64,000 nucleotides of DNA. Source: Macrostomum lignano. Taxonomy: Eukaryota. Below the pieces are notes generated by a model that worked only from the letters and a program-made list of their open reading frames with translations, searched no databases and was not told the DNA's origin. The position numbers were made by a program, and so were the translations under genes. This document shows, piece by piece, positions 45,056 to 55,127 of the stretch. The stretch lies in assembly GCA_002269645.1 (NCBI GenBank), contig NIVC01000578.1:510549-574548 (forward strand), in the 5' to 3' direction. Position 1 is the first letter of the stretch; every line of letters begins with the position of its first letter.

Positions 45056-46274
45056 GAAACTTCGGGTACAACCAAGGTACCTGATATGCGAGTGGAGAAG
45101 GTACCTGAGAAAAAAGATTGTACTACGTTTACTATTACTACGGTACAGCTGTTAGTCGGTGAGTAAACCGCTAGAGGGAACTCATTGACCAGCCCTCAGG
45201 CTCAAAGCAGTGCTAATTGCAGTCATTCGCAAGTGAACAGTGCGGCTAATCCTCCAGTTCAAGACTCGCTGACCCGGGGGACTCGCATCTCTCAAGTGTC
45301 AAAACAGCGCGCCGAGGCTAATTAAACTGCCTGGAGGATATGACAGCCGCCGGGGAACCCTCGAGAGCTGGGCGGACCGCCCGCTGCGCCTCGCCTCTCG
45401 GAACTTTCTCCCCCCGCCTTTCAAACAGGCGAGTCCGAATCCCCCGCTATCCGTCCGGACGGCAGGGCGGACAGACGGCGGGTGGACGCCGGTCTGTTTG
45501 CAAACTGATTAGTCTGAATGACGCGGGCCTGAGAGCTGCTCAGCAGACGCGAGAGCTGGCTAGGAACCAGGGCGGGTCGGGACCTCCGCGACCCCCGCCA
45601 CCGCTGCGATCTCCAGCGCACTGCAGGCAGGGCCGGCCCAATTAAAGTGTGTAGCGTGAGGCGGCCGGCCCCGCGCTGAGCTCGCAGCGGGGGGCCAACA
45701 GGAGCCACCCGGCGGCGATTAAAATTGGGCCATCGAGCGGCCAATCTGGACGGACCGGCTTCGCCCGCTCAGCGAGAGTGGCCCGGCAAGATTAAAAGCA
45801 AGCATTTCATTTCTACCTTTCAGAGCTTCCGGCCCGCTGCCTCACTTCAAAGAGGATGCAGCAAATACAGTAGGGCACCGATCTTTGTTGCTGGCTGACC
45901 CCTGGAGTTCGCCACAAAGACTATTAGCTCGAATTTTTAAGTCAGGAAGCAAGCAGGCCAAACTGAAAAGGAAATCGCTGACATATGCGTTTGAGCAAAT
46001 GCAGCTTGACGACCAAAACCGCATGGCAACTCGGACTGCCTAAAATATAAGAACTGTTGGTCCCCGCTCACACACTCGGGCTCCACTGAAGCATTGCTGA
46101 TCGCTTATTATGGTGACTTGGGCTTCAATGGCGGCTCGCATTGCGCGGGAGATGCCGCGACTGAGCGAGTGCTCCGTGTGGCAAAAGCAAGGCAAGGAGG
46201 TTCCATGGAAGAAATATCACGTAAACTAAAACACCAATATTCATATTTTTGTTTCGTAGAAACGTTCCGATTGT

Positions 46275-46640
46275 TGACTCAATGATCGCCCCATAAACTG
46301 ACTCAGTGACTCAATGATCGCCCCATAAACTGACTCAGTGACTCAATGATCGCCCCATAAACTGACTCAGTGACTCAATGATCGCCCCATAAACTGACTC
46401 AGTGACTCAATGATCGCCCCATAAACTGACTCAGTGACTCAATGATCGCCTCATAAACTGACTCAGTGACTCAATGATCGCCCCATAAACTGACTGAGTG
46501 ACTCAATGATCGCCCCATAAACTGACTGAGTGACTTATTGATCGCCCCATAAACTGACTCAGTGACTTATTGATCGCCGCATAAACTGACTCAGTGACTT
46601 ATTGATCGCCCCATAAACTGACTCAGTGACTTAATGATCA
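46275..46640. repeat. 32-bp minisatellite (~11 copies) downstream of RPL27A
   Basis: Unit TGACTCAATGATCGCCCCATAAACTGACTCAG. Confidence 0.9.
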
Positions 46641-46818
46641 CCCTATAACAAAATAATAACAAAGTAAAAGCAGAGAAGGTTTCGCGTTAGATTTTTTGTA
46701 TCCAATTAGACTCAGCCAGTTAAACAAAGCAGATTCAGTGTATTTGGCTCAGCCTGACAATTTCTGTCACAGAGCGGCACACAAACAGTTCCGGGTTTCT
46801 GCAATGCAAATTCAATTC

Positions 46819-49314
46819 TTAAGCGACCAGCACGCAGGAGCCGCCGACCTTCTTGATCTTCTCCTCGGCCTTCTTGCTGAAGAATTTCGCCTTCACGATG
46901 ACCGGCACCTTCGGCATGTTGCCCTTGCCCAGCACCTTGAAGAAGCCCTGCGGGTGAGCACAAAATACAATAGGATACAGCGATTGTTGCGTGTCATTCC
47001 ATGGTGTGAAACAGTTTTGAGGGCCGATCCCATGGTGTGGGACAGTTTGAAGGCAGATCCCATGGTGTGGGACAGTTTTGAGGGCCGATCCCATGGTGTG
47101 GGACAGTTTTGAGGGCCGATCCCATGGTGTGGGACAGTTTTGAGGGCCGATCCCATGGTGTGGGACAGTTTGAAGGCAGATTCCATGGTGTGGGACAGTT
47201 TGAAGGCAGATCCCATGGTGTGGGACAGTTTTGAGGGCCGATCCCATGGTGTGGGGCAGTTCGAAGGCAGATTCCATGGTGTGGGACAGTTTTGAGGGCC
47301 GATCCCATGGTGTGAAACAGTTTTGAGGGCCGATCCCATGGTGTGGGACAGTTTGAAGGCAGATCCCATGGTGTGGGACAGTTTTGAGGGCCGATCCCAT
47401 GGTGTGGGACAGTTTTGAGGGCCGATCCCATGGTGTGGGGCAGTTTGAAGGCAGATTCCATGGTGTGGGACAGTTTGAAGGCAGATCCCATGGTGTGGGA
47501 CAGTTTTGAGGGCCGATCCCATGGTGTGGGGCAGTTCGAAGGCAGATTCCATGGTGTGGGACAGTTTTGAGGGCCGATCCCATGGTGTGAAACAGTTTTG
47601 AGGGCCGATCCCATGGTGTGGGACAGTTTGAAGGCAGATCCCATGGTGTGGGACAGTTTTGAGGGCCGATCCCATGGTGTGGGACAGTTTTGAGGGCCGA
47701 TCCCATGGTGTGGGGCAGTTTGAAGGCAGATTCCATGGTGTGGGACAGTTTGAAGGCAGATCCCATGGTGTGGGACAGTTTTGAGGGCCGATCCCATGGT
47801 GTGGGGCAGTTCGAAGGCAGATTCCATGGTGTGGGACAGTTTGAAGGCAGATTCTATGGTGTGGGGCAGTTTGAAGGCAGATTCCATGGTGTGGGACAGT
47901 TTGAAGGCAGATTCCATGGTGTGGGGCAGTTTGAAGGCAGATTCCATGGTGTGGGACAGTTTGAAGGCAGATTCCATGGTGTGGGACAGTTTGAAGGCAG
48001 ATTCCATGGTGTGGGGCAGTTTGAAGGCAGATTCCATGGTGTGGGACAGTTTGAAGGCAGATCCCATGGTGTGGGACAGTTTTGAGGGCCGATCCCATGG
48101 TGTGGGACAGTTTTGAGGGCCGATCCCATGGTGTGGGACAGTTTTGAGGGCCGATCCCATGGTGTGGGACAGTTTTGAGGGCCGATCCCATGGTGTGGGA
48201 CAGTTTGAAGGCAGATTCCATGGTGTGGGACAGTTTGAAGGCAGATCCCATGGTGTGGGACAGTTTTGAGGGCCGATCCCATGGTGTGGGGCAGTTCGAA
48301 GGCAGATTCCATGGTGTGGGACAGTTTGAAGGCAGATTCTATGGTGTGGGGCAGTTTGAAGGCAGATTCCATGGTGTGGGACAGTTTGAAGGCAGATTCC
48401 ATGGTGTGGGACAGTTTGAAGGCAGATTCCATGGTGTGGGGCAGTTTGAAGGCAGATTCCATGGTGTGGGACAGTTTGAAGGCAGATTCCATGGTGTGGG
48501 ACAGTTTGAAGGCAGATTCCATGGTGTGGGGCAGTTTGAAGGCAGATTCCATGGTGTGGGGCAGTTTGAAGGCAGATTCCATGGTGTGGGGCAGTTTGAA
48601 GGCAGATTCCATGGTGTGGGACAGTTTGAAGGCAGATTCCATGGTGTGGGGCAGTTTGAAGGCAGATTCCATGGTGTGGGACAGTTTGAAGGCAGATTCC
48701 ATGGTGTGGGACAGTTTGAAGGCAGATTCCATGGTGTGGGGCAGTTTGAAGGCAGATTCCATGGTGTGGGACAGTTTGAAGGCAGATTCCATGGTGTGGG
48801 GCAGTTTGAAGGCAGATTCTATGGTGTGGGGCAGTTTGAAGGCAGATTCTATGGTGTGGGGCAGTTTGAAGGCAGATTCTATGGTGTGGGGCAGTTTGAA
48901 GGCAGATTCTATGGTGTGGGGCAGTTTGAAGGCAGATTCCATGGTGTGGGACAGTTTGAAGGCAGATTCCATGGTGTGGGGCAGACTTACGGCCTGAACG
49001 CAGTCAATAACGGGCACTTTGCCCTCCTTGTTTCCATCCTTATACTTGTCGTAGGTCTGCTGAGAGACCAGAGACCAGAGCTTGTCGGTGTTGACAGCCG
49101 GGCAGTAGTAGGGATTCCGCCTGAGATGGAAGTGGCGCATGCCAACCTTGCCGAAGTAGCCGGGGTGGTACTTGTCAAAGTTGGTGCGGTGGTGGTGGGC
49201 GCCGCCGGCGTTACCGCGGCCGCTGGGGTGCTTGCGGTGCTTGCCAATCCGGCCGTGGCCGTGCGACACGTGGCCGCGCAGCTTGCGGGTCTTTGTGGGC
49301 TTCAGCTTGGACAT
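46819..49314 (-). CDS. RPL27A: 60S ribosomal protein L27a (uL15), 150 aa; exons complement(join(46819..46947,48991..49314))
   Basis: [56 protein letters not shown] ... [42 protein letters not shown]. Intron GCC|GTAAGT ... CCGCAG|GGC. Confidence 0.97.
46998..48985. repeat. 30/31-bp minisatellite filling almost the entire ~2-kb RPL27A intron
   Basis: Units CCATGGTGTGGGACAGTTTGAAGGCAGATT (30) and CCCATGGTGTGGGACAGTTTTGAGGGCCGAT (31). Confidence 0.95.
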
Positions 49315-49331
49315 GGCGGACCGGCCTGGAG

Positions 49332-49345
49332 CTGCAAATTCAGTT
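49332..49345 (-). promoter_or_regulatory. 3' splice acceptor 17 nt upstream of the RPL27A ATG (cis or SL trans-splice site)
   Basis: Minus strand CTGAATTTGCAG|CTCCAGGCCGGTCCGCCATG, preceded by U-rich sequence. Confidence 0.5.
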
Positions 49346-49481
49346 GGCGGTTTCCGAAATTAAAATTTGCCTTTTTTGTTTAGATTCCTACTTGTAGTAG
49401 GCACGTGCGAACAAAAAAAGTTAAGGCCAAACAGAGTGATTGACTTGTCAACACAGCTTATTTTTAACCATAAGGATCTGA

Positions 49482-49868
49482 GGCTGGCCCAGCAACTGAG
49501 GATCTGGGAGGCTGGCCCAGCAACTGAGGATCTGGGAGGCTGGCCCAGCAACTGAGGATCTGGGAGGCTGGTCCAGCAACTGAGGATCTGAGGCTGGCCC
49601 AGCAACTGAGGATCTGGGAGGCTGGCCCAGCATCTGGGGATCTGGTAGGCTGGCTGCCCAGCAACTGAGGATCTGGGAGGCTGGCCCAGCAACTGAGGAT
49701 CTGGGAGGCTGGCCCAGCAACTGAGGATCTGAGGCTGGCCCAGCAACTGAGGATCTGAGGCTGGCCCAGCAACTGAGGATCTGAGGGTTGCCCAGCAGTT
49801 GAGGATCTGAGGGTTGCCCAGCAGCTGAGGATTTAGGAGGGTGGTCCAAGAACTGAGGATCTGGGAGG
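49482..49868. repeat. 26-28-bp minisatellite between eIF2A and RPL27A
   Basis: Unit GGATCTGGGAGGCTGGCCCAGCAACTGA and a 2-nt shorter variant. Confidence 0.9.
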
Positions 49869-50086
49869 GTCTTGGGACATCAGGTGTCGGTGGCTCAGCT
49901 TATTTCCTATTCATAAACAGTAAATACAAACAGGAGCAAAAAGCACCAAATCTCACAATGCAATCTCACAAGAAACAAAACAAAAACGGGAACAAAAGTC
50001 CAAATTATATTTCCTTCTCTCAAGCGGCAGCAAACAGAAATAGGAGCAGTTATTATGAGTCGGAATCTCAGTCAGAACATCGGGGG

Positions 50087-52861
50087 TCACAGGTACAGCT
50101 CATCCAGCTTCTGCCGCAGCTCGTCCTCAGTTTTGAGCTTCTCCATCTGGTTGAGCTCCAGCTGCTTGCCGGCCGCCTGGTCAGCGCGCAGCTTGTCAAT
50201 CTGCTGCAGCTTGCGCAGGATGGCCTTGGCCCGCTTGTCCTTCTCGGCGTCTCCCGTGGACTCGAAGCTGGCCAGCGCTCCGCCACCGCCAGGCTGCTCG
50301 CCAGCCGCAGCGGCCTCGGGAGCGCCAGCGGTTGCGGCGGCCCGCTTGCGCTCTTTCTTGCGCTGGTTCTTCACGGCCGCCTTGCTGAGGCCGCCGGCCG
50401 CGCCGTCAGCCGCCGGCCGCTGATTGGACGGCAGCTCGTAGTTGTGCAGCTGCTGCTGCTGGCGCGGCTGGGCCTGCTGGCTGGCCGAGCCAGAGTCCCG
50501 GTTGCGCAGGTGCGGCGGCACGTACCTGCGGGCCCGGTCGGGGGATTGAGGAAATTGACAGAATCAGCTACTACTGAAAAAGTAGCAAGGAAAGAATGCG
50601 AGCATCCTATTGTGTGACATTGCAAAACAGTGGCACTAATGCGATTCGCATGTAAACAGTATGCGTGAAACTCCAGGTCATGTGGCGGACTTTCTTAAGA
50701 GTCATTTCTTGAGTTTCCTATAATCTGGACTTGAGCCCCCTAAGTTAATGTCTCATAAACATTTAATTTGGAACAAAACCATCACACATTTGAGCAGCTC
50801 TTCACTGGACAATGATAATCCTTCAGAATCAAAGACAAGCTGCTCACCGAGTCGCCTGGGTCTGCTGCGTGATGGCCTGGAACGACTTGCTGGTGTCGTA
50901 GCGCAGCTTGGGCGGCTCGCAGGCGGGTTGGGGCCGCCAGGCCACCTCCAGCAGGCAGTCGAAGTCGCGCCTGGCCATCACCTTGCCCGAGTAGTGGTAC
51001 ACGGTCAGGCAGTTGTTCACCCGCAGCCTGGGCGAAGTGGTGGCCGCAACAAAGTGCACGCCGTCCGAGCACCACTGGAACTGCGTGGCGTCCGGCACGA
51101 GCAGCTTGGCCATGAGGCGCTTGTTGGCGAAGTCCCACAGCTCAACGTCGCCTTTGAGATTGCCGAAGCCGGCCAGGCACAGGATGTTGCCGAACGGGTT
51201 AAAGTAGGTCACGTTGCGGGGCCCCGTGCCGAAGTCGAAGACGGGCTCGCAGCGCAGGTTGTACACGGTGGTCTTGGCGGGCATGGAGCCGGCGGTCACC
51301 ACGAACTGGGTGCAGTCCGGGTGCCACTCCGTGTGGTAGATCGGGCCGGCCTTCTGCAGCGGCACGGCGCAGGACTCGCCCCGCACAGACAGGTAGTGCA
51401 GGCCCTGCTCACCGTAATAGGAGTCCTTCGACACCTCCGAGGCAGTCAGCAGCAGCAGGTCGGTGCCGCGCCGGTTCCACTGGAAGCTGACGCTCTCGGC
51501 TTTGTAGAGGGACTTGTTGGCCACGGGGGCGGTCGGGCTGAGGTCCGGGTAGCGGAACACCCGGACACTGTGCGGCTGGCCGCGGCTGCCCGGGATGAAG
51601 GCGGCCACGTGGCAGGCGTCCGAGCGGCCGGGGGACATGGAGTACGCGGCCAGGCCCGCGATGGACAGCCGGCAGCGCATGCTTGAAAAGTCTCGGTCCT
51701 GGAACAGTTTGAGCAGTAGTGGGATTCAAACTGATTGGAGCTCAAACTGAGGGGAACTCAAACTGATTGCAACTCAAACTGATTGCAACTCAAACTGATT
51801 GCAACTTAAACTGATTGCAACTCAAACTGATTGGAACTCAAACTGATTGGAACTCAAACTGAGTGGGATTCAAACTGATTGGAACTCAAACTGATTGGAA
51901 CTCAAACTGATTGGAACTCAAACTGATTGGAACTCAAACTGATTGGAACTCAAACTGATTGGAACTCAAACTGATTGCAACTCAAACTGATTGAACTCAA
52001 ACTGATTGGAACTCAAACTGATTGGAACTCAAACTGATTGGAACTCAAACTGATTGGAACTCAAACTGATTGGAACTCAAACTGAGTGGGATTCAAACTG
52101 ATTGCAACTCAAACTGATTGCAACTCAAACTGATTGGAACTCAAACTGATTGGAACTCAAACTGAGGGGAACTCAAACTGAGTAGGATTCAAGCCACTCA
52201 ATTTCTGAGTTAATCAGAAGTCATCAAGCTACTCAAACTGAAGCTGACCGGAACTAGGAGCCACAGGAAATGAATCAAAATGCTACACAATTAGAATCCA
52301 GCCACAAAGGCGCACCTGATAACAGTGGACCTCCCCGGTGACGCCGCGAGCGCACACAACGCTGTCCTCAGTCCAAGACGGTCGCCAAGTGTCGGCCTTC
52401 TTGTGCACAAATGACTTGAGCAATTTCCCAGTGCTAGAGTCGTACAGATTCATATTGGGCGAGCCCTGCGGATTGTCGCTGGTGACGGCGTACTGCTCCC
52501 ACACGGCCAGCACCGTGCCGCAGGGCGAGAATGCCAGCTGGGCGGCCTTGGGGTGCGGCAGGTCAACAGTAGAGTTGGCGGCCAGACTGCGCACTTTCAC
52601 ACCTGCGCTGTTGCAGTGGGCAAAGAATTCGCCATTGGCGCTGTAAGCCAGGCAGCGGCAGGCGCCCGTGCCGTCACTGGCGAGGCTGCGCAGCGCGTCC
52701 TGGGCGCCCTGGCTGGCGCCATCGGATGGTACAAAGCGCTCAGTTTTCAGGCCGTGTTGAAATCGATCTGTTTCAATTTGGGAATTGATTGGAGGTTTAG
52801 AAACACTGAAGCAGTATGGATTAGCACTTGCTGTCTCTCTAAACCAATAAACATAAGGCAT
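50087..52861 (-). CDS. EIF2A: Eukaryotic translation initiation factor 2A, ~611 aa; exons complement(join(50087..50525,50848..51698,52316..52861))
   Basis: Beta-propeller motifs SYYGEQGLHY, GPIYHTEW, MPAKTTVYNLRCEPVFDFGTGPRN, LAGFGNLKG, ATTSPRLRVNN, plus YVPPHLRN and the C-terminal helix KQLELNQMEKLKTEDELRQKL. Junctions are GT-AG and phase-compatible. The start at 52861 (MPYVYWFR) was chosen by similarity and is less certain. Confidence 0.93.
51722..52190. repeat. 16-bp minisatellite in eIF2A intron 1
   Basis: Unit GATTGGAACTCAAACT. Confidence 0.9.
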
Positions 52862-53136
52862 ATGTAAATACCACAATTTACTGCTTAAGAATTGTAAACC
52901 AAAATTGGAACAAATATCTGGCAATTAGAATGTTACTGTTTTTCTATTTTCTTTCCTAATTGAAAAATTAACTCCAAAATTAAAAACATTTTTACAATAT
53001 TTTGCCTATTGACTAAAACTTATGGCAAAAAAATCAATAAGCACAAAGACTTTTGTGCAGGTTGACAATTACACTTTTTTCCTTTTGTATGCCATCATTG
53101 CCATGCATGCTGAGGTTTTAGAATGTACACCAGAAA

Positions 53137-54356
53137 TAGTGATGGACCGAATGTGGATTTTTGCAAGTTTCCGAAACCGAATCCGAATGTACAAAAAAAA
53201 TCCGAATCCGAATCCGAATGTTTCCGAATGTAAGCAAAGTGTCAGGTAAACGGCGGGAGTAACTATGACTCTTTTAATTTACGAAAATGTCTCGTCATCT
53301 AATTAGTGCGCACATAAATTGACTGACAAGATTCCATCTCTCCTGGGATTATATTCGTACTCGTACTTTTATCTTAGGGGTCGGATGTGGTCACAATCGT
53401 GAATTCAGGACCATTTTTTCACAATAGTGATTTTGTTGAAACCTGTTCCAACACTTGTGAATTTCTGCTTACGTTTTTATTAGAAATATAACTTTTCTAC
53501 TTGATTTACCAAAAAACGTGAACACAAATGTGTAAAGAATTAACAAATTTTAAATTTGTTGACTTGACAGCATTACGGCCGAGTAGCTATTATCAATATA
53601 CGAGTATGATTTATTTTCTTGTTTGTTATTTTCAACACTTGTAACTTACGAGCTCAATATACATGTATGCTAATATAAATTCACAATCACAATCACGCCT
53701 GACTTGAAAAATTCACGCATGACCAAAATCTTCTACTTGTCCAACCTCTACTGATATCTATTGCGAAACAAAATTTAAAGAGATGGACTTAGATAGGAAA
53801 TTCAGTTCTACTTCTACCGTGTTACATGAACATCTAATTCTAGTACTACTGACTATAGCAAATGAGTGACATATATATATATATACAGTGCAATTATGAT
53901 AATTTTAACGTACGTACATAGTCCATGTGACCCGTGCAGTTGCAATTTTGCATTTTGAAAAAACCTGTTATTACACTTAAACAATAATTACCAAACTATT
54001 TCCGTAACTTTAGGTTTATTGTCTTACGGGTCCCTAGGTTTAGTAAATTTACTTATTCAACTTTTTTTAAACATATATTGCTGCAAAAATAGACAATCGT
54101 AGAAAAAAAGAATAACGTGATAGATTTTGCTCTTTGCCTTTTAATTTTCTTTCTTTTTAGTTTTTAGTTTCTTTATTTAACGGGTTGCATGCTTTGGTTT
54201 CTTGATTTGTAATATTTATTTTAGATTTGAATTTTAGAAGCACATTTGGAAATATTTGGAAAAAAAATTTCCGAATCCGAAGCATTCGGATTCCTATAAA
54301 AGTAAGACTTTTTTTCGGATTCGGATTCCGAATCCGAATATTCGGATCCATCACTA
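53137..54356. mobile_element. Non-autonomous hAT-type DNA transposon, young copy (1220 bp), carrying a 28S rRNA-derived fragment
   Basis: TIRs TAGTGATGGACCGAAT / ATTCGGATCCATCACTA, subterminal CCGAAT repeats, exact 8-bp TSD ACCAGAAA (53129..53136 and 54357..54364). Confidence 0.9.
53238..53343 (+). other. Degenerate 28S rRNA fragment (helix 69-71 region, R2/I-PpoI target) embedded in a transposon; not an rRNA gene
   Basis: GGTAAACGGCGGGAGTAACTATGACTCT (53245..53272) and CTCGTCATCTAATTAGTG (53291..53308) match the conserved eukaryotic LSU sequence as recalled. Similarity is weaker beyond these blocks and absent outside ~105 bp. Confidence 0.85.
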
Positions 54357-55127
54357 ACCAGAAAATGATAGCATTCACTACATCTTCCATAATATAGTAC
54401 TAGTATTAATATCAGCTTAATTAAGTTGTTAATAATTTAATACTGAGAGCTATCAACATTTCAGATTTTATTTGAGACAAGATTCAAGACAACACAAGAC
54501 AAGATGCAATTCTAAAATTCATTTTTTAGTCTGCTATTATATACCTTGTCAAAAAACTAAAATAATAACTAAAAGAAAACATATACAAGCTCATATATAA
54601 CCATGTTTGTTAATTGACTAAAACTGCCTGACATTAGCCAGAACTTGAATTTTTCAAAATTACCTTACTGATTATCATTCATGCTAAAACATATGCCAGG
54701 TAATTTGCATTTTGATCAAAAATTAAATTGCTTGGCCAGTGTAAATCAAGAGGTTGCACATGTATATTAAGCATAATACAACAAACAGGTATATTTATAA
54801 AAAAAATTTGTCTTTTTATTTCTCATCCCCCCATTTTTAAATGTAAATATTAAAAAAATTATTGAATCTTGTTTTGAAATTTTTTCAAGAAACTTAAGAG
54901 ATTTCTTGAGACAAGAAAAAATTGAGACCTTAACTTGAATCTTATCTCATTGAGATTTTATGATGCCTCTATTAATATTAATTTTTATCATTTTTATATA
55001 TTAATATTATATTTAACAAAAAATAATGTCAATGATATAAAAAATCACTCATATATATTATTCCAAATCATTTTACTTTTATATTAAGGTCTAAAGCAAA
55101 AGGTCAAGCAAATTATTATATTTAGAA

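Noticed and set aside
46893-49383. Long repetitive ORFs (452, 402, 388, 243 aa etc.) as real proteins
   Set aside because: They are translations of the 30/31-bp intronic minisatellite on both strands. The flanking RPL27A exons splice cleanly around them.
53238-53343. rRNA gene
   Set aside because: Only ~105 bp is similar to 28S, it is degenerate, and it lies inside a TSD-flanked transposon. No surrounding rDNA is present.
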